Source: the human T2T-CHM13v2.0 reference genome, Homo sapiens. From it: 64,000 nucleotides of DNA. Below, one piece after another: positions 25,411-40,875 of the stretch. The notes below the pieces were generated by a model. It did not search any database, had not been told where the DNA came from, and worked only from the letters and a program-made list of their open reading frames with translations. Numbering within the stretch: position 1 is the stretch's first letter; the number at the start of each line of letters is the position of its first letter. The position numbers and the translations under genes are program-made. The stretch lies in assembly GCF_009914755.1 (NCBI RefSeq), contig NC_060925.1. The stretch is one strand, 5' to 3'.

Positions 25411-27773
25411 GAGCATCTTTTCATGAACCTCTTGGTCATTTGTATTCTTTGGAGAAATGTCTATCAAGTCTTTTGCCCATTTTTTAATTGGATAATTCAT
25501 TCTTTTGCCATTGAGTTGAAGGAATGTCTTATATATTTTGAATATTAACTGTTTATCAAATATATGGTTTGCAAATATTTTCTCCTGTTCTGTAGTTTGC
25601 TTTTTCACTCCATCAGTTGTTTCTTTTGCTATGCAGGCACTTTTTAGTTTGATCTAGTCCTAAATGTCTATTTTTGCTTTCATTGCCTGTGCTTTTGGTA
25701 TCATATCCAAGAAGTCATTGGATGAAGCTTTCCTTTATGTTTTCTTCTAGAAGTTTTAGTTTTAGGTCTTATATTTAAGTCTTTAATCTATTTTGGGTTT
25801 TGAGTATAAAGTGTAAGTTTAAATTTCATTCTTCTGCATGTGGCTATCCAGTTTTCAAATACCATTTGTTGAAGAGACTTTCCTTTCCCCATTGTCTATC
25901 CTTGGCATCCTTCTCAAAGGTAAGTTGACAAAGGTAAGTTTCTGGGCTCTCTATTCTCTTCCGTTGATTTATATGTCTGTCTTTATGCAAATACCAATTT
26001 ATTTTAATTATTGTAGGAAGCCTGTTACCTCCAGGCTTTGTTCTTACTTCTCGAGACTGTTCTGGCTATTTGTGGTCCTTTGTGATTCAGTATGAATTTT
26101 AGGATTCTATTTCTGTAGAAAAATGCCACTGAGATTTTGTTGGGAATATATTAAACCTGTAAATCACTTTGGGTACTATGGACACCTTAACAAACATAAG
26201 TCTTCCAATCCATAAGCACCATAAATCTTTCCATTTATTTGTATCTTCTTTAATTTCATCAATTTTTAAAATAGTTTCTGATGTACAATTTTTTTCACCT
26301 TCATGATTACATGTATTTTAAATATTATATTTGACTTAATGGAAATGGAATTATTTTCTTAATTTTTATTTTAGATAGTTTCTTTCTAGTGTATAGAAAT
26401 TGAACTGATTTTTGATATACACTGTGGTGGCTGGCAAGATGGTCGAATAGGAACAGCTCTGGTCTGCAGCTCCCAGCGAGGTTAATGTGGAAGGCAGGTG
26501 ACTTCTGCATTTCCAACTGAGGTACCTGACTCATCTCTTTGGGACTAGTTAGACAGTGGGTGCAGCCCACGGAGGGCAAGTTGAAGCAGGGTGGGGCATC
26601 ACCTCACTCAGGAAGCGCAAGGGGTCAGGGAATTCCCTCCCCTAGCCAAGGGAAGCTGTGAGGGACTGTGCCGTGAGGAATGGTGCACTCCAGCCCAGAT
26701 ACTATGCTTTTTCCACGGTCTTCACAACTCGCAGACCAGGAGATGCCCTCGGGTGCCTACACCACCAGGACCCTGGGTTTCAAGCACAAAACTGGGCGGC
26801 CATTTGGGCAGATACTAAGCTAGCTGCAGGGGTTCTTTTGTTTTTGTTTTTTTTCTCATATCCCAGTGGCGCCTGGAACACCAGTGAGACAGAATGCTTC
26901 ACTCCCCCGGAAAGGGGGCTGAAACCAGGGAATCAAGTGGTCTAGCTCGGTGGATCCCACCCCCATGGAGCCCAGCAAGCTAAGATCCACTGGCTTGAAA
27001 TTCTCACTACCAGCACAGCAGTCTGAAGTCAACCTGGGATGCTCAAGCTTGGTGCAGGGAGGGGCATCCAGGATTACTGAGACTTGAGTAGGTGATTTTC
27101 CCCTCACAGTGTAAACAAAGCCACTGGGAAGTTCGAACTGAGTGGATCCCATCACAGCTTGGCAAAGCCGCTGTAGCCAGACTGCCTCTCTAGGTTCCTC
27201 CTGTCTGGGCAGGGCATCTCTGAAAGAAAGGCAGCAGCCCCAGTCAGGGGCTTATAGATAAAACTTCCATCTCCCTGGGACAGAGCACCTAGGGGAAGGG
27301 GCAGCTGTGGGCACAGCTTCAGCAGACTTAAACTGCCAGCTCTGAAGAGAGCAATGGATCTCCCAGCACACCACTCAAATTCTGCTAAGGGACAAACTGC
27401 CTCCTCAAGTGAGTCCCCAACTCCCATGCCTCCTGGCTAGGAGACACCTCCCAGCAGGGGCCAACAGACACCTAATACAGGAGAGATCCAGCTGGCATCT
27501 AGCAGGTGCCCCTCTGGGATGAAGCTTCCAGAGTAAAGAACAGGTAGCAATCTTTGCTGTTCTGCAGCCTCCACAGGTGACACTCAGGCAAACAGGGTCT
27601 GGAGTAGCCCTCCAGCAAACTCCAGCAGACCTGCAGCAGAAGGGCCTGACTGTTAGAAGGAAAACTAACAAACAGAAAGGAATTGCATCAACATCAACAA
27701 AAAGGATGTCCACATAGAAACCCCATCCACAGGTCAGCAACATCAAAGACCAAAGGTGGATAAATCCACAAAT

Positions 27774-28794
27774 ATGAGGAAAAACCAGCACAAAAAGGCT
27801 GAAAATTCCAAAATCCAGAATGCCTCTTCTCCTCCAAAGGATCACAGCTCCTCACAAGCAAGGGAACAAAACTGGACACAGAATGAGTTTGATGAATTGA
27901 CAGAAGTAGGCTTCAGAAGGTGGGTAATAACAAACTCCTCCGAGCTAAAGGAGCATGTTCTAACCCAATACAAGGAAGCTAAGAACCTTGAAAAAAAGTT
28001 TAGAGGAATTGCTAACTAGAATAATCAATTTAGAGAAGAAAATAAATGTCCTGATGGAGCTGAAAAACATAGCATGAGAACTTCGTGAAGCATACACAAG
28101 AATCAATAGATGAACTGATCAAGCAGAAGAAAGGATAACAGAGATTGAAGATCAACTTAGTGAAATAAAACATGAAAACAAGATTAGAGATAAAAGAATG
28201 AAAAAAAAATGAACAAAGCCTCCAAGAAATATGGAACTATGTGAAAAGACCAAACCTGTGTTTGATTGGTGTACCTGAAAGTGACAGGGAGAATGGAACC
28301 AAGTTGGGGAACACTCTTCAGGATATTATCCAGGAGAGCTTCCTCAATCTAGCAAGACAGGCCAACATTCAAATTCAGGAAATACAGAGAACACCACAAA
28401 GATACTCCTCGAGAAGAGCAACCCGAAGACACACAATTGTCAGATTCACCAATATTGAAATGAAGGAAAAAATGTTAAGGGCAGCCAGAGAGAAAGGTCA
28501 GGTTACGTGCAAAGGGAAGCCCATCAAACTAACAGATCTCTCTGCAGAAACCCTACAAGCCAGAAGAGAGTGGGGGCCAATATTCAACATTCTTAAAGAA
28601 AATAATTTTCAACCCAGAATTTCATATCCAGCCAAACTAAGCTTCATAAGCAAAGGAGAATAAAATCCTTTACAGACATGCAAATACTGAGAGATTTTGT
28701 TACCACCAGGCCTACATTACAAGAGCTCCTGAAGGAAACACTAAATATGGAAAGGAAAAACTGGTACCAGCCACTGCAAAAACATACCAACTAA
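27774..28794 (+). pseudogene. L1 ORF1p, frameshifted with stops
   Basis: MRKNQHKKAENSK...; KRPNLCLIGVPESD...QPRISYPAKLSF in different frames. Confidence 0.9.
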
Positions 28795-28821
28795 TGCGCA
28801 AAATAATCAGCTAGCATCATA

Positions 28822-31800
28822 ATGACAGGATCAAATTCATACACCATAATATTAACCTTAAATATAAATGTAAATGGGTTAATGCTCCAATGAAAAGACA
28901 CAGACTGGCAAATTGGATAAAGAGTCAAGACACATTGGTGTGCTGTATACAGGAGACCCATCTCACGTGCAAAGACACACATAGGCTCAAAATAAAGGGA
29001 TGGAGGAATATTTACCAAGCAAATGGAAAGCAAAAAAAGCAGTGGTTGCAATCCTAGTCTCTGATAAAACAGATTTTAAATCAACAAAGATCAAAACAGA
29101 CAAAGAAGGGCATTACATAATGGTAAAGGGGTCAACGCAACAAGAAGAGCTAACTGTCCTAAATATATTTGCACCCAATACAGGAGCACCCAGATTCACA
29201 AAGCAAGTTCTTAGAGACGTACAAAGAGACTTAGACTCCCACACAATAACAGTGGGAGACTTTAACACCCCATTGTCGATATTAGATCAACAAGACAGAA
29301 AATTAACAAGGACATTCAGAACTTGAATTCATCTCTGGACCACATGGACCTAATAGACATCTACAGAACTCTCCACTCCAAATCAACAGAATATACATTC
29401 TTCTCAGCACCACATCGCACTTATTCTAAAAGTGACCACATAATTGGAGGTAAAACACTCCTCAGCAAATGCAAAAGGACGGAAATCATAACAGTCTCTC
29501 AGACCACAGTGCAAACAAATTAGAACTCAGAATTAAGAAACTTACTCAAAACCTCACAACTACATGGAAACTGAACAACCTGCTCCTGAATGACTACTGG
29601 GTAAATAATGAAATTAAGGCAGATATACATAATTTGAAACCAATGAGAACAAAGATACAACATACCAGAATCTCTGGGACACAGCTAAAGCAGTGTTTAT
29701 AGGGAAATTTATAGCAATAAATGCCCACAGGAGAAAGCAGGAAAGATCTAAAACGGACACCCTAACATCACAATTAAAAGAACTAGAGAAGCAAGAGCAA
29801 ACAAATCCAAAAGCTAGCAGAAGACAAGAAATAACTAAGATCAGAGCAGAACTGAAGGAGATAGAAACACGAAAAACCCTTCAAAAACTTAATGAATCTA
29901 GGAGCTGGTTTTATGAAAAGATTAACAAAATAGACTGCTAGTGAGACTAATAAAGAAGAAAAAGAAGAATCAAATAGACACAATAAAAAATGATAAAGGG
30001 GATATCACCACTACCCCACAGAAATACAAACCACCATCAGAGAATAATATAAACACCTCAATGCAAATAAACTAGAAAATCTGAGGAAATGGATAAATTC
30101 CTGGACACATACACCCTCCCAAGACGAAACCAGGAAGAAGTCGAATCCCTGAATAGACCAATGACACGTTCTGAAATTGAGGCAGTAATTAATAGCCTAC
30201 AAACCCAAAAAAAGTCCAGGACCAGATGGATTCACAGCCAAATTCTATGCGAGGTACAAAGAGGAGCTGGTACCATTCCTTCTGAAACTATTCCAATCAA
30301 TAGAAAAAGAGGGACGCCTCCTTAACTCATTTTATGAGGCCAGCATCACCCTTACACCAAAACCTGGCAGAGACATAACAGAAAAAGAAAATTTCAGGCC
30401 GATATCCCTGATGAACATCAATGGGAAAATCCTCAATAAAATACTGGCAAACCGAACGCAGCAGCACCTCAAAAATCTTATCCACCATGATCAAGTGGGC
30501 TTCATCCCTGGGATGCAAGGCTGGTTCAACATACGCAAATCAATAAACATAATCCATCTGGTAAACAGAACCAATGACAAAAAACACATGATTATCTCAA
30601 TAGATGCAGAAAAGGCTTTTGATAAAATTCAACACCCCTTCATGCTAAAAACTCTCAATAAACTACGTATTGATGGAACATATCTCAAAATAATAAGAGC
30701 TATTTATGACAAACCCATAGCCAATATTGTACTGAATGGGCAAAAGCTGGAAGCATTCCCTTTGAAAACCGGCACAAGACAAGGATGCCCTCTCTCACCA
30801 CTCCTATTCAACATAGTATTGGAAGTTCTGGCCAGGGCAATCAGGCAAGAGAAAGAAATAAAGGTTATTCAAATGGAAAAAGAGGAAGTCAAATTGCCTC
30901 TGTTTGCAGATGACATGATTGTGTATTTAGAAAACCCCATCATCTCAGCCCAAAATCTCCTTATGCTAGTAAGCAACTTCAGCAAAGTCTCAGGATAAAA
31001 AATCAATGTGCAAACATCACAAGCATTCCTATATACCAATAATAGACAGACAGAGAGCCAAATCATGAGTGAACTCCCATTCACAATTGCTACAAAGAGA
31101 ACAAAATACCTAGGAATACAACTTACAAGGAATATGAAGGACCTCTTCAAGGAGAACTACAAACCACTGCTCAAGGAAATAAGAGAGGACACAAACAAAT
31201 GGGAAAACATTTCATGCTCATCGATAGGAATAATCAATATTGTGAAAATGGCCATACTGCCCAAAGTAATTTATAAATTCATTGCTATCCCCATCAAGCT
31301 ACCATTGACTTTCTTCACAGATTTGGAAAAAACTACTTTAAATTTCATATGGAATCAAAAAAAGGCCCACATAGCCAAGACAATACTAAGCAAAAAGAAC
31401 AAAGCTGGAGGCATCATGCTACCTGACTTCAAACTATACTGCAAGGCTACAGTAACCAAAACAGTAAGGTACTGGTACCAAAACAGATATATAGACCAAT
31501 GGAACACAACACAGACCTCAGAAATAACACCACATGTCTACAACCTTCTGAGCTTTGACAAACCTGACGAAAACAAGCATTGGGGAAAAGATTCCCTATT
31601 TAATAAATGGTGTTGGGAAAACTGGCTAGCCATAGGCGGAAAACTGAAACTGGACCCCTTCCTTAAACCTTACACAAAGATTAACTCAAGATGGATTAAA
31701 GATTTAAATGTTAGACCTAAAACTATAAAAACCTGAGAAGAAAACCTAGGCAATACCATTCAGGACATAGGCATGGGCAAAGACCTCATGACTAAAACAC

Positions 31801-32631
31801 CAAAATCAATGGCAACAAAAGCCAAAATAGACAAATGGGAACTAATTAAACTAAAGAGCTTCTGCACAGCAACAGAAACTATCATCCAAGTGAACAGGCA
31901 ACTTACAGAATGGGAGAAAATTTTTGCAATCTATCCATCTGACAAAGGGCTAATATCCAGAATCTACAAAGAACTTAAACAAATTTACAAGAAAAAACAA
32001 ACAACCCCATCAAAAAGTGGGCAAAGGATATGAGCAGACACTCCTCAAAAGAAGACATTTATACAGCCCACAAACATATGAAAAAAACTCATCATCACTG
32101 GCCATTAGAGAAATGCAAATCAAAATCACAATGAGATACCATCTCACACCAGTTAGAATGACAGTCATTAAAAAATCAGGAAACAACAGATGCTGGAGAG
32201 GATGTGGAGAAAGAGGACTGTTTTTACACTGTTGATGGGAGTGTAAATTAGTTCAACCATTGTGGAAGACAGTGTAGCAATTCCTCAAGGATCTAGTACC
32301 AGAAATACCATTTGACCCAGCAATCCCATTACTGGGTATATACCCAAAGGATTATAAATCATTCTACTATAAAGACACATGCACACATATATTTATTGCC
32401 ACACTGTTCACAATAACAAAGACTTGGAACTAACCCAAATGCCCATCAATGATAGACTGGATAAAGAAAATGTGGCACACATATACAATGGAATACTATG
32501 CAGCCATAAAAAAGGATGAGTTCATGTCCTTTGCAGGGACATGGATGAAGCTGGAAACCATCATTCTCAGCAAACTAACACAGGAATAGAAAACCAAACA
32601 CCGCATATTCTCACTCAGAAGTGGGAGTTGA
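28822..32631 (+). pseudogene. L1 ORF2p (EN/RT), disrupted
   Basis: Starts ATGACAGGATCAAAT; fragments contain [36 protein letters not shown]; multiple frameshifts and stops. Confidence 0.92.
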
Positions 32632-34606
32632 ACAATGAAAACACATGGACACAGGGAGGGTAACATCACACACCAGGGCCTGTTGGGGGATGGGGGGCTA
32701 GGGGAGGGATAGCATTAGGAAAAATGCCTGTAGATGACGGGTTGATGGGTGCAGCAAACCACCATGGCAGGTGTATACCTATGTAACAAACCTGCATGCT
32801 CTGCATATGTATCCCATAACTTAAAGTATAATAATAAAAAGAAGATAAATATTTAAAAAGAAATTGAAGTGATTTTGGTATGTTGATTTTGTATTCCACA
32901 ATTTTATTGAATTAATTTATTACCTCTGGCAGTTCTTTGTTTTCTTTTTTGTTTGTAGCCTTTAGGATTTTCTACATAGAAAATTATGTCATCTGCAAAT
33001 AAGATAATTTCATTTCTTCCTTTCTGATATGTACATCTTTTATTTCTTTTTTCTTGCCTAATTGCTCTGGTTAGGACTTTCAGTACTGTTCTGAATAGAA
33101 GTGATAAGAATGGGCATCCTTGCCTTGTTCCTAAATGAGAGAAAAAACTTTCAGTTTTTAGTCACTGAGTATGATGTCATCTGTGAGTTTTTTATATAAG
33201 ACCTTTATTATGTTAAAGTATTTCCTTCTATTCCTGGTTGTTAAGCCTTTTCATTATAAAATAATGTTGAATTTTATCAAATGCTGTTTCTGATATGAAA
33301 TGATAATGTGGGTTTTATCCTTCATTCTTTCAATGTGGTGTATCACATTAATTAAGTTTTGTTTGTTGAAACAGTCTTGCATTCAAGGGATAAATCTCAT
33401 TTGAGAATTGGATAATATTGTAAGATACTTTTTAATGTGCTGTCGAATTTGGTTTGTCAGTATTTTGTTGAGGATTTTTGTATCTATGCTCACTAAGGAT
33501 ATTGGCTTGTAATTGTCTTTCTTGTAGCATCTTTGTCTGAAATTGATATTAAGGTAATGATGGCTTTATAAAATGAGTTTAGAGGTGTTCTCTCTTCAGT
33601 TTTTTGGAAGAGTTTGAGAAGGATTGGTATTAATTCTTCTATAAATGGTTGGTAGAATTTGCCAGTGAAGCTATCAGGTCCTGAGCTTTTCTTTGTAGGA
33701 AGGTTTTTGACTATTGATCCAATGTCCTTACTCATTATCATCTCTTCAGACTTTCTACTTTTCCATGATTCAGTCTCAGTAGATTGTGTGTTTCTAGAAA
33801 TTTATCTATTTCTTCTAGGTTATTTTTTTTTTGGTGTAGAACTACTTATACTAGTCTCTTATCATCTTTGGTATTTCTGTGGTATCAGTTAAAATATCTC
33901 CTCTTTATGATTTTATTTATTTTTCTCTTCTCTTAGTTGAGCTAAAGGTTTGTCAATTTTACTTATCTTTTAAAAAATCAACTCTTTCTGTTGTTGATTT
34001 TTTTCTTTTGATTTTCTATTCTCTGTTTAGTTTATCTGCTTTATTCTTTATTATTTTCCTTCTTCTACTAACTTTGGTCTTAGTTTGTTTTTCTTTTTGT
34101 AGTTCTTTGAGGTATAAAGTTAAGTTGTTGGAGATCGTTTCCAATGCAAGTATTTATTGCTATAAGCAGTCCTCTTATTTCTGCTTTTGTTGCGTCTCAT
34201 AAGTTTTGACATGTTATGTTTTTGTTTTTATTTGTCTGGAGACATTTTCTAATTTCTCTTTTGGTTTCCTTTGGCCTATTTGTGGTTTAAACATGTTTAA
34301 TATCCACATATTTGTGTACTTTACAGTTTTTCATTTGCTATTGATTTCTACTTTTATCCCATTATGGTTGGGAAAATTAATTTTTTCAAATTTAGTCTTT
34401 GTAAATTTGTTAACACTTGTTTTATGACCTAACATAGGATCTATTTTGGAGACTATTCCATGTGCACTTGAGAGTATATTTTCTGCTGCTGTTGGGTGAA
34501 ATGTTCTGTTTATATCTGCTAGGTTCATTTGGTCTATAGTGTTTTTCAAGTCTGCTGTTTCTTATTTATTTTCTGTCTAGATGCTTTATCCATTATTGAA
34601 AGTGGG

Positions 34607-34989
34607 TGCATTAATCCATTCTCACACTGCTATAAAGAAATACCTGAGGGTGGGTAATTTATAAAGAAAAGAGGTTTAATTGGCTCACGGTTCTGCAGTC
34701 TGAACAGGAAGTATGACTGGGGAAGCCTCAGCACATTTACAATCATGATGGAAGGTGAAAGGGAAGCAGGCATGTCTTACATGGCAGGAGCAGGAGAAAG
34801 AGAAAAAGGGGAGATGCATCACACTTTTTAAACAATGAGCTCTTGTGAGAATTCAGTCACTATCACAAGAACAGCAAGGGAGAAATCTGCCTCCATGATC
34901 CAGTCATCTCCCACCAGGCCCTTCATCAAACATTGGGGATTACAATTAGACATGAAATTTGTGTGGGGACACAAATCCAAGCCATGTCA
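34607..34989 (-). mobile_element. MSTA-like solo LTR
   Basis: TG...CA termini; 5-bp TSD gtggg/gtgag. Confidence 0.88.
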
Positions 34990-37599
34990 GTGAGATATTG
35001 AAGTCTTCTAGTATTATTGTGCTGCCAGTTCTCCCTTCAATTTTATCAACATTTGCTTTATGTGTTTAGGTGCTTTAATGTTGAGTGCATATATATTTAT
35101 AATTGTTATATCTTTCTGGTAAATTGATTCTCTTGTCATTATATAATGTCCTTCTTTGTCTCTTGTGACAGTTTTTGACCAACAATCTGTTTTGTCTAAG
35201 TATAGCCACCTCTGCTTTTTTGGTCACTGTTTGTATGGAATATCTTTTTCTGTCTCTTCACTTTCAGCTTACATATGTTCTTCAATCTAAAGTGAGTCTC
35301 TTGTACACAGTATATAACTGAATGTGAGTTTTTAAAATTTATTCAGCTACTCTGTGTCTTTTGATTGCGGAGCTTAATTCACATGCATTTAAAATAATTA
35401 TTGTTAGAAAAGGACTTACTACTGTCATTTTGTTAATTGTTTTCTGTTTGTCTTGTAGTTCTTTTGTTTTTCTTTACCTCTCTTGATATCTTCTTTTGTG
35501 TTTTGTTTATTTTTTATTGATATGGTGTGATTTCTTTCCATTTTTTTGTTTATCTTTTATAGGTTATTTTCTTTGTGGTCACCATTGGCTTTACATGCAA
35601 CAACTGATAGTTATAAAAGTCTATTTCAAGCTGATAACTTCAACAAATGCAAAAATTCTATGTTTTTACTCCTCCTCCCCCCACACTTTGTTGTTGATTT
35701 CATAATTTATATCTTTTTCTGTTGTGTATCTACTAACATATAGTTTTAATTTTTTATACTTTTATATTTAAACATTTATACCAGATTTAAAAGTGATTTA
35801 CCTACCACTAGTACAGTATCACAGTATTCTGTATTTGTCTTTATATTAACCATTACCAGACAGTGTTGTACTTTTACATGCATTTTCATTACCATTTAGC
35901 ATCATTTTGTTTCAATGTAAAGAACTCCTTTTATTATTCTTATAAGGCAGGGCTTGTAGTGATAAACTCCTTCAGCTTTTTCTTAGCTGGGAAAGCCTAT
36001 CTTTTCATTTTTTAAGGGCAGTACTGCCAGGTATTATGTTTTCGGTTAGCAGTTGTTTATTTATTTCAGCACTTTGAATATATCTTCTATTGTTTTCTGG
36101 CCAACAATGTTTCTACTGAGAAATCCACTGGTAGTCTTATGTAGGTTTACTTGTACTTGGTATGTCACTTTTCTCTGGCTTCTTTTAAAATTCTCTCTTT
36201 GTCTTTGACTTTGGACAATTTGATTATAATGTTTCTCATTAATGGTTTTTTTAATTTTACCTCATTTGGATTCCATTGGGCTGCTTGGATCTGGATGTCT
36301 ATGTCCTTCTTAATATTTGGAATGTTTATGATCACTATTTATTTGAATAAGCTCTCTTTCTCTGTCTCTCTCTCTCTTCTCCTTCCTAGATGGCTATAAT
36401 GAGTATATTGGTCAGCTTGAAGGTATCACATAAGTTCCTTTCTTCACTTTTTTCTTTTTTTTTTTTTTGCCTCCTCTGACTGAATAATTTTTTTCAATAA
36501 TCTTTTTGAGTTATCTGATATTTTCTTCTACTTTATCTAGCCTGCTATTGAAGACTTGAGTGAATTTTTAGGTTCAGTTATTGTATTCTTCAGCTCTATA
36601 ATTTCTGTTTTTTAATATACTTTTTTACACTCTCACTTTTGTTTATGCATTGTTCTCCTGACATCATTAAACATCTTATGGTTGTTTTCAGTTATCTATT
36701 AAATATATCTTATATCTCTGTTTCATTAGGGTTAGTTTCTGGAGATTTATTTTATTATTTTGTTTGGAACATATATTCCTGTTTCTTCAATTTTTTTGAC
36801 TCTTAGTGTGGCTCTGCCTATTAGACAAAACAGCCAACTCTCTCACCCTTCATGCATTTTTCTCATATGCAAAAGACCCTTAATAATCAGCCCAGTCAGA
36901 TTCTTGGGGCCTCTTAAACCTTTGTGCTAGTTCAAACCACCATCTTTATTCTCGGTGCCCCTCAAGTGTCTAGAATATGCTGAGTCCTGTAAGCACTCTA
37001 AGACGGGTAAGATGAAAGGCAGTGCCTTGGGTAAATTTTATTTAAAAAATAAATATATGGTTTCTTCCTTTTTTTCCATCCCCTGAGAGTAGCCAAAGAG
37101 CTGTCATTTTTTGCACTTGCTTGCTTAACACTGAGCTAGGGGGTGAGACTGTGGCACCTGCTAGCTTGCTAGTTCAATTTATGGTCTTTATTCTTAGTGG
37201 CCCCCAGGTGACTAAAGTTTGCCAGGTCTCTTAAGTGCTCTGAGACAGGTGAGACAAATTCCAGTGCTTCAAGTAGCTTCCCAAAAATGAGAATATTGGA
37301 CATATGGTCCAGCTTTTGCCTTCCCTCTCCCATGGAGAAGTTGGAAGCTGGGGATTCCCTTCTGATCATACGGTACCATGTTGGGAGAAAGACTTATGGC
37401 AAAAGGGTGTCTCAGATACTCCCACCAGCTTTGGTGTTGCTGGTTTCACACTTGCCTGGGATGCAGGAGCCTCTCAACTAGTTTCTTGATTTCTCACTCT
37501 GTATATTTTTGCTAAATTGATGTCTCTTGAGGGAGAAGGAAGGGTCAGGATTTCCTATTTTGCCATCTTGCTGACATCACTCCAGAAACATATTTTTAT

Positions 37600-39090
<1,491 letters not shown>

Positions 39091-39136
39091 TTGAAAAGCA
39101 TAGGGTTTAAAAGCAATGAGTGGATAAAGAAACTGA

Positions 39137-39323
39137 GAAAGAGAGAGAGAGAGAGAGAATTATATATTATATATTCCATCCAATATATTGTATATAATAT
39201 AGAATATATATTTATATTCCATTATATATATTTATATGAATATTAATATATTATATACATAATATATAATACATTTATATTCCATTTTATATGTAATATT
39301 TATATATGATATATATTTATATT
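39137..39323. repeat. (GA)n followed by a degenerate (TA)n block
   Basis: Seen directly. Confidence 0.9.
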
Positions 39324-39534
39324 TACCCTTTCCCCCAAGTTCCCAAAGTCCATTGTATCATTCCTATGCCTTCGCGTACTCATAGCTTAGCTCCCACTTA
39401 TGAGTGAGAATGTACAGTGTTTGGTTTTCCATTCCTGAGTTACATCACTTAGAATGGTAGTCTCCAGTTCCATCCAGGTTGCTGTGAATGCCACTGATTC
39501 ATTCCTTTTTGTGACTGAGTAGTATTCCATTTTA
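39324..39534 (-). repeat. Inverted duplicate of L1PB segment 41266-41475
   Basis: Manual alignment gives ~16 differences over ~210 bp. Confidence 0.9.
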
Positions 39535-40875
39535 TTTTATTTTTAAAATATCTCTAGTTGTATTTTTATAACTCCCCAGTTTATTTTGAAATATATGATT
39601 TTGACATTATCTCAAAATACACATAAATTACCTATATCTGCCTATACATTTATTAAAAACTGATGAAGAATACTTAATCAATATTTAAGCATGCCAAATA
39701 ATAAAACTATTCCCAACTTTTTAAATTTAAATTATTTTTAAAAATAAACCAATTTATATTGGATATTTGGGTTACATGTGCATATAAAAACAGTCATATT
39801 CCCCAACTGACCATAGATAGACTAGCATACAAGTGTCCTTCTTTCTGGATGTAATTAAGTTTCAGAGGCAAAGTGGTTCAGATGGAAGCCAATGAGCTGA
39901 CTTCCTCATGAAGTAAACTCAACAAAAATCATGAAGTATTGGTGCTAATGAGTGATTCCATAAATGTTTCCCTCTTCCTTATCTTTTCAATATACAAGTG
40001 TGCACTATGGGTGTGTATAAATTAAAACACTTCTAATCTAGACTGTGAGCTCCTACGGAGGGGACTACTGTCAATCCATAAAAGGCCCTGGGGAAGAAAG
40101 AGGTAGCATAGGGGAGCAGAGGGCACCTGCCCTCCATCAGGCCATCCACACAAACCTATTGAAGAGGTAGACTCGATTATCTAAGTCTCAGTGGACTTAG
40201 ATGTTGACTTGGGCCTTCAAGTAAGGTTTTCCTTCATTATGTTTTATGTTGCTTTTTCTACTATTTTTGTAATTGGGGCAAGTGAGATGTTCAACTAGTC
40301 TAAGAATGTTTAATATATCCCATAAACTGTCTGAATCAAAGATTTTTATTTATTCTTCTGCCAGACACAACTGATTTCCATCTACAATTATTTTTTAAGG
40401 TAAGAAACAGTAAGTCAACTGAACAAAGAGCTGGGGCTTTGGGCTCTGGAACATGATTACACACCGACTGAGAAATGCAGCACCTCAGGGTTGGGTCTAG
40501 TCAGGCTGGCCGCAGCAGGGCACGAAGCTGCCTCAGTGGGCCTTCTCCAAGAACGCTCTGTAGCACCTGACACACAGCTGGTACACCATCTCAAAGTCAG
40601 AGTCATTCCCATAATAGGGATCTTCAATAATAAGTTGTTTTTGTGGATCATAGCTCCCAAGTAGCTCAATTTTAGCTTTGCAGGTTTTAACTTGATTACT
40701 TTTTCTATTCAAATCTCTCAGATTGCTATCATCCATACATGGTATATAATCAAATTTGGCAAAATTTTCTTTGGTAATCTGCCGGGCAACGTGGCTCATG
40801 GGAATGCCGTGCCTCTCCGTGAAGCTCTGCCCTCGGGAGTCAGGAGGGGTTCCCTATCTCCTACCCGGAAGTCGC
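39530..40875 (-). pseudogene. ACP1 (pseudogene): Processed pseudogene of ACP1 (low-molecular-weight protein tyrosine phosphatase), 5'-truncated, fast-isoform exon, ~1 kb 3'UTR
   Basis: 40533-40799 encodes [70 protein letters not shown]...RAFLEKAH; intronless; AATAAA at 39580-39585 and poly(A) remnant at 39530-39544; catalytic CLGNICRS motif absent. Confidence 0.96.

Larger units (their letters stand above)
26424..32858 (+). mobile_element. Full-length inactive LINE-1 (L1PA7-like)
   Basis: 5'UTR start gtggctggcaagatggtcgaataggaacagctc; ORF1, ORF2, 3'UTR and A-rich tail; TSD agaaattgaa(c/g)tgatttt at ~26396 and ~32859. Confidence 0.95.
24150..37582 (-). mobile_element. Near-full-length old antisense L1 (L1MA9/L1M2-3-like), interrupted by MST, AluJ, L1PA7 and MST
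   Basis: 3'UTR at 24150; antisense ORF2 peptides (33493-33741 NLPTKKSSGPDSFTGKFYQ; 34331-34549); L1M-type 5' terminus AGTGATGTCAGCAAGATGGC at ~37581. Confidence 0.8.

Noticed and set aside
30411-31736. Longest ORFs (195 and 242 aa) with RT motifs as an active retroelement or novel RT system
   Set aside because: Fragments of a multiply disrupted L1 ORF2
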